NCBI GenBank assembly: GCA_031551525.1
Contig: JAVBNN010000030.1
Coordinates: forward strand, 4,107-68,106
DNA from: Acidaminococcales bacterium
Lineage (GTDB): Bacteria > Bacillota > Negativicutes > Acidaminococcales > JAISLQ01
Length of the DNA stretch: 64,000 nucleotides
Direction: 5' to 3'
The translations under genes and the position numbers were made by a program. Below the pieces are notes generated by a model. The model was not told the DNA's origin. It did no database searches and worked only from the letters and a program-made list of their open reading frames with translations. Positions 40,247 to 49,514 of this stretch are shown here, one piece after another (the stretch's first letter is position 1; every line of letters starts with the position of its first letter).

Positions 40247-41959
40247 ATGAATAAACTAAGAGTTTTATCTATGCTTGCATTAATGATCTGTGTTTGCTTG
40301 TTCGCAAGTAGCGGACAAGGACTGCTTGGCTGCCGCAGTGCGGCGGCTGCCGAAACCGAGGCCGTTAAAGCGGAAGAAGTCAGAGTCATTTTGACCACAG
40401 AAAAGGCGCTTGCATTTGCTTTTGGCGGTTTGACGCAAAAAGAGGTGGTTGATGATATCCTGCAAAGGCTAAACGAACTGGATATAAAGGCAACTTTTTT
40501 TGTTACTGATCAGGAAATGAGAAGGTATCCGGATACAATAAGAAAAATTATTCAAAACGGCCACGAGATGGGCGTTGCTTTGCGTTCGCAAACTTCTGAT
40601 ACGGCAGATGGCGCGCGCAAGGAATTAGTTGACTTGCGGAACCTTTTACAAAAACAGTTTGGCGTTACTACTAACTTGGTTCGCCAGGCTTCCGGCGCTG
40701 TTTCTGATACTACCAGAGCAGCGATCGCTGCGGAAAATTGCGTTTTGGTCGGACAATCATATAATATAGTGCAAAGCAAGCATAAGGATTATAACTCGGC
40801 TGAAGAGGTCATGCCGGAGCTGTTTGGTAAGTTTGTCTACTCTTTGATGCGCGGCCACATAGTATATTTCCGCCTGGATTTTTATACCAACAAAAATCTT
40901 GCCGGGGAAGTAATGGAAGCCGTGAAACGGGTAAAAATCGATAACATAGCTTTCTCGACTGTGTACGACAACCCCGTGATCAATCCCGCCAACGATACGC
41001 AAATGAAAATAAAACCCGTTGGGGCTATTCTTAATAATACCCAGTACCGCTATACCCTGCCAGTAGACAAGGAGAAAGTGCCGTATAATCTGCGCAGTGA
41101 TGTGCATGCCGTCACTGTAAACGACGCCAACTTTTTGTCTGTTGCCCGGAAGCGCTATTTAGGTACGCATACAGTTACCGAAGATGACCGCGTACTTGGT
41201 TTTGCGCGTACGGCCATACGCCGACTGGATAAAAGCGGCACGGTGCATACGAACGACAATGTCGTTTTCTTAAGTTTTGATGACTGGGGTTCTGAGGCGG
41301 CGATCAGTAAACTGCTGTATGTTTTGAAAAAACACAATGCTACCGCAACTTTCTTCGTCATAACCCGCACGGTGCCGACCAGCACCAATCTGTTGCGGCA
41401 GATAGCGCTTGACGGACATGAAATAGCAAGCCACTCCGACCAGCACAAACCCATGGTGGTGCGTGACCCAAAATCAGGCAGGCAAATGCCCACGCAAACC
41501 AAAGAAGAATATCTGGCTGACTTAGCCTTGTCCTACCAGAGGTTACAAGATGTCACCGGTGATGTGATTGTGAACGGAAAGTCACCTCTTACCAGACTAT
41601 TCCGTCCGCCTACCTTGGCTATCAGCAAGATGGGTTTTGAGGCGTTGTTTGAGACTGGATACGAGTGGATCGTGTCGGGCTCTTATAGTTCGCAGGATTA
41701 TGTTGCTCCAAGCGTCAAGGAATTAGTGAATAGGCTGAAATATGGCATATACGATCGGCGAGGCCGTTTGCAAAAAGGCGCCACGATAGTTATGCACATG
41801 AGTGACACTTCAAAATATACGCCGATTGCCGTGGATATAATGTTATCAATAAATGACAAAAAAGCTGATTCTGATCCTACTAAATTTAAAACCGGGCGTT
41901 TGTCGGATTATCTGACAGAAGACTATGATCAAAGCAAACCGTTTAAAAAAAATAAATAG
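40247..41959 (+). CDS. exported polysaccharide deacetylase with two CE4/NodB domains
   Basis: signal peptide; domain 1 degenerate (AFAFGG); domain 2 intact (LSFDDW, HSDQH, FRPP, VMH). Confidence 0.85.
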   Translation: MNKLRVLSMLALMICVCLFASSGQGLLGCRSAAAAETEAVKAEEVRVILTTEKALAFAFGGLTQKEVVDDILQRLNELDIKATFFVTDQEMRRYPDTIRKIIQNGHEMGVALRSQTSDTADGARKELVDLRNLLQKQFGVTTNLVRQASGAVSDTTRAAIAAENCVLVGQSYNIVQSKHKDYNSAEEVMPELFGKFVYSLMRGHIVYFRLDFYTNKNLAGEVMEAVKRVKIDNIAFSTVYDNPVINPANDTQMKIKPVGAILNNTQYRYTLPVDKEKVPYNLRSDVHAVTVNDANFLSVARKRYLGTHTVTEDDRVLGFARTAIRRLDKSGTVHTNDNVVFLSFDDWGSEAAISKLLYVLKKHNATATFFVITRTVPTSTNLLRQIALDGHEIASHSDQHKPMVVRDPKSGRQMPTQTKEEYLADLALSYQRLQDVTGDVIVNGKSPLTRLFRPPTLAISKMGFEALFETGYEWIVSGSYSSQDYVAPSVKELVNRLKYGIYDRRGRLQKGATIVMHMSDTSKYTPIAVDIMLSINDKKADSDPTKFKTGRLSDYLTEDYDQSKPFKKNK

Positions 41960-42056
41960 CGGTTATATCCAAGTATTTAAATATTTTAAACTGGAACGGT
42001 TCATGATTGTTTGAAAACAGATCCTTGTTGGGAAGCCGATTTATGAGGTGTGTATT

Positions 42057-44648
42057 ATGAATAAAAAGATTGTGTTCGTGCTTGCCCTGATGGCCTGTGT
42101 TTGCTTATCGGTAATGGTATTTTTGTTCAGGGATCTTTTTATCCCGCCGGTAAGTGTTACATATCGAAATATGACCGATCTTACAGATGAATATAATGCT
42201 GATAAAGAGATTGCAGAAGCCCATTCCAAACTGCGCAGCAGCAATGAGAAAGCTGGTGTCATTAGCGGTATTTATGGTGGACAGCGCAATATAGCCATTA
42301 CTTTTGACGGCCTTTCTGACCGCACTACTATGCTGAAAATATTGGATCTTTTAAAGACCCATAATTTAAAGGCGACCTTTTTTGTAGATGGCCTACAGAC
42401 TGTAGAGGACCCGCAGGCTGTAGTCAGCATAAATAAGGAAGGCTATAAGGTAGAAAACTATACACTTTCCGGCATCCCGCACATGGAACAACTTCCCCCG
42501 GAAAGAATGGTCAGGGATTTTTGTCAGGCGCAGAAAATAATCACTGTAACTACGGACAATAAAGCCAACCTTTTAAAATGCAATAACACGCAATACACCG
42601 ATGCAGTTCTGCTGGCAGCCAAAGCCTGCGGATTTAACGGCGTTGTGAAAAGCGATGTGGTAATAGACGCCACAATCCCCGGGGCCGCAGATGGTATTGC
42701 CGGCAGGGTGCGTCCGGGCAGTATTGTCTCCGTGCGGCTTGAAGTAAATCCTGAACCTATCGTTTTAGAGCCGGAAGTAAGCAACCTGCGTCCGGAAATA
42801 GATAAAAAACCCGGACTGAAGCCTTTGCCTAAAGTCGGCGACAACAAAAACAAAGTAATCATCGCTACAGTGGAGAAGGTACTGGTCGATTTAAAAAACG
42901 CCAACTATACTACCGTTTACGTGGAAGATGTGGCTAAAACCAGAGTTGCCGCGGCTCCCTTTGATAAACTGACGGTTTTATTGAGCGCGCTGAGGGATGA
43001 AGTAGAGGCCTTGTTTAGTTCCCGTACGGCATTCGCTGCCGAGGGCGCCCCGGTACATCCGGAAGAAATACACACTATACTTACTGCCGAACGCGCAATG
43101 TCTTTTTCTTTCGGCGGTTTGAGTGACAGGGTGGCCGTTGGCGATATTTTGAATAAATTGCAAAAAATGGATATCAAAGCGACATTTTTTGTAACTGAAC
43201 AGGAAATGCGCAGATATCCCGATACGGTAAAGAGTATCATCCGTAATGGACATGAAATAGGCGTATCTATGCGGGCCAATCCGCCCGAAACAGTTGCTGA
43301 GGCGCGTAAGGAACTGGTTGATTTGCGTGCTTTTTTACGAAATCAGTTTGGCGTTACTGCCAATCTGGTCCGCCAGTCTTCCGGCGCGATCCCCGATACG
43401 ACTAAAGCAGCCATAGCCGCGGAAAACTGCGTATTGATCGGGCAGGCCTACAATATCGTACAAAGCAAACACAAGGACTATAAATCACCCGAACAAGTAG
43501 TTTCAGAATTGTTCGGACAATTTGACTATGCCTTTATGCGTGGACAAATAATCTATTTCCGCTTGGACTTTTATACTGATAATACCCTGGTCGGGAAAGT
43601 AATGGAAATGGTGAAAAAGCAAAGAGTAGACAACATCGCTTTTTCCACGGTGTATGATAACCCGCAGATCAATCCCAAAAATGATACGCAGATGGAAATA
43701 AAACCGATAGGCGCTATATTAAGTAATAAACAAGAACAATACACCATCCCGGTGGACAAAGATAAAATACCTCATAACCTGCGTAGCGGAGCGCATACTT
43801 TTACCGTGAACGATAGTAATTTTATAGAGGCGGCCAGAAAACGATATCTGGGTAATTTTGAAGTTGATGAAGGCGACCGTATTATTGGTTTTTCCAAGAT
43901 GTCCATTCGGCGCCTGGATAAAACCGGTACAGTGCACACCAATGACAATGTGATTTTCCTGAGTTTTGACGATTGGGGTTCAGAAGCGTCGCTCAATAAA
44001 TTGTTGTATGTTTTAAAGAAGCATAATGCTACTGCGACTTTTTTCATTATAACCCGCACAGTGCCGCCGACCAGCAATATTTTGCGCCGGATTGCCCTTG
44101 ATGGGCATGAGATAGCCAGCCACTCCGATTTGCACAAACCCATGGCGGTACGCGATCCCAAAACCGGCCGGCAAATACCATCGCAGACCCGGGAAGAATT
44201 ATACGCCGACTATGCGCGTTCTTATAAGGTTCTAGAGGAAATTACCGGCGACGTTATTGTAAACGGGAAACCGTCTTTGACCAGGTTGTTTCGCCCGCCC
44301 ACACTGGCTATCAGCAAACAGGGTTTCGAGGCTTTGTTTGACAATAGCTATGAATGGATAGTTTCAGGCTCTTATAGCACCAAAGACTATATGGCGGCAA
44401 GTGCTGAAGAGGTAGTGAACAATCTGAAATATGGCATATACGATAAGCACGGTCGTCTGCAAAAAGGCGCAACGATAGTCATGCACATGGGTGATGCAAC
44501 AAAATACACGGCGATTGCCCTCGATATACTGCTTACGATTAATGACAGAAAAGCCGATTCTGATCCGACCAAATTTAGAACCGGGCGTCTGACGGATTAT
44601 CTGACAGCTGATTATGACCAAAGTAAGCCTTTTAAACCGCTCAAATAA
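42057..44648 (+). CDS. membrane-anchored/exported polysaccharide deacetylase with three CE4/NodB domains
   Basis: N-terminal hydrophobic segment; ITFDGL, FSFGGL and LSFDDW domains; last two paralogous to the preceding gene. Confidence 0.85.
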   Translation: MNKKIVFVLALMACVCLSVMVFLFRDLFIPPVSVTYRNMTDLTDEYNADKEIAEAHSKLRSSNEKAGVISGIYGGQRNIAITFDGLSDRTTMLKILDLLKTHNLKATFFVDGLQTVEDPQAVVSINKEGYKVENYTLSGIPHMEQLPPERMVRDFCQAQKIITVTTDNKANLLKCNNTQYTDAVLLAAKACGFNGVVKSDVVIDATIPGAADGIAGRVRPGSIVSVRLEVNPEPIVLEPEVSNLRPEIDKKPGLKPLPKVGDNKNKVIIATVEKVLVDLKNANYTTVYVEDVAKTRVAAAPFDKLTVLLSALRDEVEALFSSRTAFAAEGAPVHPEEIHTILTAERAMSFSFGGLSDRVAVGDILNKLQKMDIKATFFVTEQEMRRYPDTVKSIIRNGHEIGVSMRANPPETVAEARKELVDLRAFLRNQFGVTANLVRQSSGAIPDTTKAAIAAENCVLIGQAYNIVQSKHKDYKSPEQVVSELFGQFDYAFMRGQIIYFRLDFYTDNTLVGKVMEMVKKQRVDNIAFSTVYDNPQINPKNDTQMEIKPIGAILSNKQEQYTIPVDKDKIPHNLRSGAHTFTVNDSNFIEAARKRYLGNFEVDEGDRIIGFSKMSIRRLDKTGTVHTNDNVIFLSFDDWGSEASLNKLLYVLKKHNATATFFIITRTVPPTSNILRRIALDGHEIASHSDLHKPMAVRDPKTGRQIPSQTREELYADYARSYKVLEEITGDVIVNGKPSLTRLFRPPTLAISKQGFEALFDNSYEWIVSGSYSTKDYMAASAEEVVNNLKYGIYDKHGRLQKGATIVMHMGDATKYTAIALDILLTINDRKADSDPTKFRTGRLTDYLTADYDQSKPFKPLK

Positions 44649-44700
44649 TAACTGCTTACCGCACTGGGTATGGAAAGAATGAAGTGGGGGGAGGTCCCAA

Positions 44701-46527
44701 ATGGCTGGTTTAATTCCTGCTGAGTTAAAAAAGAATGCTGATATTTTACCTGTGCATAAAGAGGATCGTCGCCGCTTGTCCAAGGTACCGGACAAGGAGG
44801 CCGTGCGCACAAATCTTGACCGCCGTCGTATGGTAGCAGATACCGGCGGCAGAGAAGTCAGCGCGGAAGAGGCGATAATGCACGACTCTCTGGGGCGTCG
44901 TTATCTTGTCAATATACCGGTATCTATTGAATTTTACGTTAAGGGTTCTAAGCGTAAATGTGTAGGCCGGTGCACAGACTTGTCTACCACGGGCCTACTG
45001 GCAGAAGTCGGCAAAACCGGCGCGGAATTGCTAAAACAGGCAGACGCGGACAGGATAAACCTGAAATTTGAGATAACTCCCGGCGCTTTGCCGGAAGGCT
45101 ATGAAATGAAAGTGAATATGGGCGCTAACTGCGTACGAGCCTTTATCAATGGCGCGGGGCAGGGCTGTTGCGGGATGGAATTTCATGAAACGCTGGCGCA
45201 ATATGCTACTAAGCACAAAAACTGGTATATGCTGTCGGCCGCGTCTTTCTTCCTATTCCTTGCGACCGCGTTCATCATGTTGATGCGGGCGGAGAGCGTA
45301 TTGTATTTTCAGTTTAATAAGGCGCTTTACGCATACAGTATCGTGGCGGCGACTTTTTTGCTCAGCCGCTATCTGTTCGGAGCTTTTTACCGGCCTGTAT
45401 TTATCAAAAAAGACTATACTCCCGGGGTGACTATCATCATTCCCTGCTTTAATGAAGAAGACTGGATACAAAAGACCATACTAAGCTGTGTCAATCAGGA
45501 CTATCCGGTCGAACAGCTGGAAATCGTAGTAATAGACGACTGTTCGGCAGACGCATCGTATGCAAAGATAGTGGAACTGGTCGAAGACCTGAAAGTAAGA
45601 GAGGCCAGGCATGAGGTCGACGGACGTGTAAAATACTACCGTTTGCCGGAGAATGCCGGTAAACGTGACGCTCTGGCCAAAGGCGTTGAGATGTCCACCA
45701 AGGAATTGGTAACAGTTGTGGATTCGGATAGCTTTCTCGATCCTTTTGCTATACGTAACATCGTCCAGCCTTTCAGGGATGCCGAGATGGGCGGCGTATC
45801 CGGGCGTACTGACGTGGCCAACGCTTATACCAACGCGCTTACCAAGATGCAGACAGTGAGATATTATATCGCGTTTAGGGTAATGAAAGCCGCCGAGAGT
45901 TATTTTGACGCGGTGACCTGTTTGTCGGGGCCGCTTTCCTGTTACCGCAAAGACCTTTTGCTCCGGTATATGGATGAATGGATTAACCAGAAGTTTCTCG
46001 GAGAAAAAGCAACTTTCGGCGACGACCGCAGCATGACCAACTTCATCCTGCGCTATGACCGTACCTGCTATCAGGATACGGCCACCTGCGCCACGATAGT
46101 GCCCAATACCCACCGGGTATTTTTAAAGCAGCAGATGCGTTGGAAACGCTCCTGGCTTAGAGAGTCACTGATTGCGGCCCGATACATGTGGAAAAAAGAA
46201 CCTTTTATGGCCCTATTTTTCTATATGGGCTTGGTAGTGCCGTTTTTAGCTCCGATCATCGTTATTTATAACCTGATATACATACCTTTGCTACACAGGG
46301 TTTTCCCACTGACGTTTGTCGTAGGGCTGTTTTTGATGGCATTTCTTATGAGCATGGCGCAGTTGTTTTTGCGCAAAAGCTCTACCTGGATATATGGCCT
46401 ATGGTTCTGCCTGTATTATGAAGCAGTACTTTTATGGCAGATGCCGGTCGCTTGGTTTACTTTCTGGAAGTCGACCTGGGGGACGCGCATGACTCCGGCC
46501 GATATAGCTGAACAGCAAAAGTCATAA
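44701..46527 (+). CDS. PilZ-like domain fused to a hyaluronan-synthase/NodC-like processive GT2
   Basis: DLSTTG (D/NxSxxG) in an N-terminal beta domain; two TMs; IPCFNE, IDD, GKR, VDSDS, CLSGPLSCYR, FGDDRSMTN, QQMRWKRSWLRE, C-terminal TMs and WGTR. Confidence 0.88.
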   Translation: MAGLIPAELKKNADILPVHKEDRRRLSKVPDKEAVRTNLDRRRMVADTGGREVSAEEAIMHDSLGRRYLVNIPVSIEFYVKGSKRKCVGRCTDLSTTGLLAEVGKTGAELLKQADADRINLKFEITPGALPEGYEMKVNMGANCVRAFINGAGQGCCGMEFHETLAQYATKHKNWYMLSAASFFLFLATAFIMLMRAESVLYFQFNKALYAYSIVAATFLLSRYLFGAFYRPVFIKKDYTPGVTIIIPCFNEEDWIQKTILSCVNQDYPVEQLEIVVIDDCSADASYAKIVELVEDLKVREARHEVDGRVKYYRLPENAGKRDALAKGVEMSTKELVTVVDSDSFLDPFAIRNIVQPFRDAEMGGVSGRTDVANAYTNALTKMQTVRYYIAFRVMKAAESYFDAVTCLSGPLSCYRKDLLLRYMDEWINQKFLGEKATFGDDRSMTNFILRYDRTCYQDTATCATIVPNTHRVFLKQQMRWKRSWLRESLIAARYMWKKEPFMALFFYMGLVVPFLAPIIVIYNLIYIPLLHRVFPLTFVVGLFLMAFLMSMAQLFLRKSSTWIYGLWFCLYYEAVLLWQMPVAWFTFWKSTWGTRMTPADIAEQQKS

Positions 46528-46541
46528 TAAAGGATGATACA

Positions 46542-48419
46542 ATGGGGTTAGTAGATTCAGAATATACCAGGAAAAAGAATAATGGTAAACGGATAAGTGT
46601 GATAATACAACTTTTGGTGTTGGCGATTTTAGCGGTAGTCATTATAAGAGAGTTGTATACTTTTACCGTACACCAGCCTTATACTGAAAAAGATACTGCC
46701 TATATAACCGATAGGGGATTTGTGGCCTTATCCTATTTTGGTGTAGAGAAACACGGAAAACAGCCGCTTATCGGCAGTGAACGCCTGTATGAGCATCTTT
46801 ATGCGCTTAAACAGGCCGGATATGTGACTATAACTCAAAAAGACATCAAGGACTATTATAATCAGGGCAAATTATTGCCGCCCAGATCGCTGGTTTTGAT
46901 GTTTGAAGACGGACGGCGCGATACAGCGATATTTGCGCAAAAAACCCTGGAAAATTTGAATTTTCAGGCCAATGTGATGATTTACGGCGAAAAATTTGAA
47001 CATCGCGACCCGAAATTTTTGCTGCCTGATGAGTTACTGGAACTGAAAAAGACTACCTTTTGGGATATTGGCACCAACGGCTACCGTTTGGCATATATAA
47101 ATGTATTTGACCGTTATGATAACTATCTCGGGGAAATGTCGCCTCTCGAATACAGCATGGTAGCCCGATATCTCAGCCGCCGTTATAACCACTTTTTGAT
47201 GGATTACATTCGTGATGAGTATGGTGTACCGAAGGAAAGCTATAATAAAATGAAAGACCGCATTTCCTATGACTACGAGCTTATGCAGGAAGTATACCAG
47301 AAGGGCTTGGGTTTTGTGCCGGAAATGTATGTGCTTATGCATTCCAATACCGGCAGCTTCGGCAATAATGACAAGGTCAGCGCGGTTAACGAATATTGGA
47401 TGAAGCAAATGTTCGCAATGAATTTCAACCGCGAAGGCTTTGCTTTAAATGAAAAGAAAAGCAGCATTTATGACCTTACGAGGATGCAGCCGCAAGCTTA
47501 CTGGTATCCCAATCACGTGTTGATGCGCATAAAAGACGATACAAAAGATGACTTGCCGTTTGTCAAAGGCGATGAAAAACAGCATGCCTTGTGGAATTTG
47601 AAAAAAGGCGCATTGGAAGCGCGTAGTGACGAAGAAACGCTTGTTTTGACCGCACTGCCCCGGGACGATGGTTTGGCCTTTCTTAAAGACGGAAAAAGCG
47701 AACGGGATATAAAAATATCCGTCCGTCTTTTGGGCAACAAGATGGGTTTGCAGAAAATATATCTGCGGGCCGATGAGGCGCTGACCAACTGCCTGTCCAT
47801 CTATCTTTTGAATAATACCCTGTATGTTACTGAACGAGCGTATGGCGTGCACCGCGAGCTATTCAAGCTGAATCTTGATGAATTTGACGGCAAGACGGTT
47901 TTGTCCGTGGCGGAGGATAAAAAAGAGGCCGAAGAAGAGGCGTTATCGACCTTCAGGCGCTATGCCGCCTCGGCTAAACGAGCCGAGATATACCATAACA
48001 GGCTGGAAGAAAAGAAAAAAGAACAGCCGATGAGTGTAACGGATGGTGAAAAGCCCTATGTACCACTCTTGAGCATACATGAAAAAGGCGACCGCCAGAT
48101 GGATATACTGGTAAAAGACGATAAACTGACGGTAGCTTTGAATGGTAGGACAGCGGTTCAAGAATTGTCGATATCTCACGCCCGGGCCGGTGGTATTGCT
48201 TTAGAATCCGCATGGGGAGGCTTTTACGGCTGGAACCAGAGAAATTTGGCTGACGATGTGTATGACGGCGTATTTGAAAAACTCATCATAACCAATCTGT
48301 TGTCGGCAGACAAAGAACAGCCTGTATACGACGGTCGCCTTCAGGGCTGGGAGGCTATAAAGAAAAACGTAATAGAAAAGTGGAACGCTCTTTTGGAATG
48401 GTTCATCGATAATATGTGA
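46542..48419 (+). CDS. membrane-anchored PgaB/IcaB-like CE4 protein (degenerate) with C-terminal beta-sandwich
   Basis: N-terminal TM; ALKQAGYVTIT...LPPRSLVLMFEDGRRD; metal-binding His motif replaced (IGTNGY). Confidence 0.75.
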   Translation: MGLVDSEYTRKKNNGKRISVIIQLLVLAILAVVIIRELYTFTVHQPYTEKDTAYITDRGFVALSYFGVEKHGKQPLIGSERLYEHLYALKQAGYVTITQKDIKDYYNQGKLLPPRSLVLMFEDGRRDTAIFAQKTLENLNFQANVMIYGEKFEHRDPKFLLPDELLELKKTTFWDIGTNGYRLAYINVFDRYDNYLGEMSPLEYSMVARYLSRRYNHFLMDYIRDEYGVPKESYNKMKDRISYDYELMQEVYQKGLGFVPEMYVLMHSNTGSFGNNDKVSAVNEYWMKQMFAMNFNREGFALNEKKSSIYDLTRMQPQAYWYPNHVLMRIKDDTKDDLPFVKGDEKQHALWNLKKGALEARSDEETLVLTALPRDDGLAFLKDGKSERDIKISVRLLGNKMGLQKIYLRADEALTNCLSIYLLNNTLYVTERAYGVHRELFKLNLDEFDGKTVLSVAEDKKEAEEEALSTFRRYAASAKRAEIYHNRLEEKKKEQPMSVTDGEKPYVPLLSIHEKGDRQMDILVKDDKLTVALNGRTAVQELSISHARAGGIALESAWGGFYGWNQRNLADDVYDGVFEKLIITNLLSADKEQPVYDGRLQGWEAIKKNVIEKWNALLEWFIDNM

Positions 48420-48439
48420 TGTGGGAGCGTCTGTGTTTT

Positions 48440-49477
48440 ATGAAGATGGAAAAATACCAAAAAAGCAAATTTATCACAATAATTTGCATGGTCATTCTTT
48501 TGGCCGGTTGCAACCACGATAGCCAAGCCGCGGTGATTAATAACACCGCGGCTTCGGCGCAAATATCAGCCTGGCTGGCTTATTGGGATGTTCCTGATGC
48601 GGTGCGTGAAGTGAAGGGTTTGCAAGACCTGCGCAAACTTAGCTATTTTGCGGTAGGTTTTGATCAGGGCGGCCAATTGTGCATTCCGGACGATTTAACG
48701 GAGGCGCTTAGGCAGACCGGCGGTCGGACGGATTATGAAAAATACCTGACGTTTGTCAATGACCAGCAAGTCGGCGAAGACAAAATGCTACTGAAAGACC
48801 TGGGCGTTCTGCGGAAAGTTTTTGCCAGTGAACAGGCAATGGATAAGCATATAGCCGAAATCCTGGCGTTGACTTCTGCGGCCAAATGCGATGGCGTGGA
48901 GATAGACTATGAAACTATCTGGAAAGACGCAAGGGTAAGTGAGGGTTTTTTGAAGTTTATCCCGCGTTTGTATGAGCGGGCCAAAGCGAAAAATCTTAAA
49001 CTGCGGGTAGTTTTGGAACCGAGTACGCCGTTTGCCAGGATAAACTTTATCGAAGGCCCGGAGTATGTGGTGATGTTCTACAATTACCACGGTACGCATA
49101 GTATTACACCCGGCCCTAAAGCCAATAAGACCTTTATCCAGCGGGTACTGAAAAATATTGCTACCCTTCCTGCCACCCGTTCCGTTGCCTTTTCTACCGG
49201 AGGTTGTATATGGGAACTGAAAAGCATTAAGAGCAACCGCTTTTTGACCGAAAAGGAAGCGGCCTCACTGGCGGTGGAAAATGAGGCTACGCCTAAGCGC
49301 GATAAAGAAAGTCAATGTCTGGTTTTTGATTATGTTCTTGACGGCAGGGCATATACCGTATGGTATGCCGACAGGGAAACACTTAACTATTGGATATCTT
49401 TGGCCAAAGCGGCAGGGGAATCCAATATCAGCCTGTGGCGGCTGGGTGGCAACCGCGATATACATAAAGTCAAATAG
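48440..49477 (+). CDS. GH18-family glycoside hydrolase lipoprotein
   Basis: lipobox LAGC; DGVEIDYE catalytic motif; VMFYNYHG..PGP; VWYAD; SLWRLGG. Confidence 0.85.
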   Translation: MKMEKYQKSKFITIICMVILLAGCNHDSQAAVINNTAASAQISAWLAYWDVPDAVREVKGLQDLRKLSYFAVGFDQGGQLCIPDDLTEALRQTGGRTDYEKYLTFVNDQQVGEDKMLLKDLGVLRKVFASEQAMDKHIAEILALTSAAKCDGVEIDYETIWKDARVSEGFLKFIPRLYERAKAKNLKLRVVLEPSTPFARINFIEGPEYVVMFYNYHGTHSITPGPKANKTFIQRVLKNIATLPATRSVAFSTGGCIWELKSIKSNRFLTEKEAASLAVENEATPKRDKESQCLVFDYVLDGRAYTVWYADRETLNYWISLAKAAGESNISLWRLGGNRDIHKVK

Positions 49478-49480
49478 CAA

Positions 49481-49509
49481 CAGCCCGCGAGTTATTCGCG
49501 GGCTGCTTT
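49481..49509. terminator. intrinsic terminator ending the polysaccharide locus
   Basis: CAGCCCGCGA-GTTAT-TCGCGGGCTG-CTTT. Confidence 0.8.
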
Positions 49510-49514
49510 ATCGT

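Noticed and set aside
44701-46527. Calling the GT2 a true hyaluronan synthase (hasA)
   Set aside because: The motifs are HAS-like, but the product cannot be inferred from them and the linked dehydrogenase is not HasB-type.
34990-49510. EPS block as a mobile element or genomic island
   Set aside because: No integrase, transposase, tRNA or flanking direct repeats were seen. It looks slightly AT-richer by eye, but I did not compute this.
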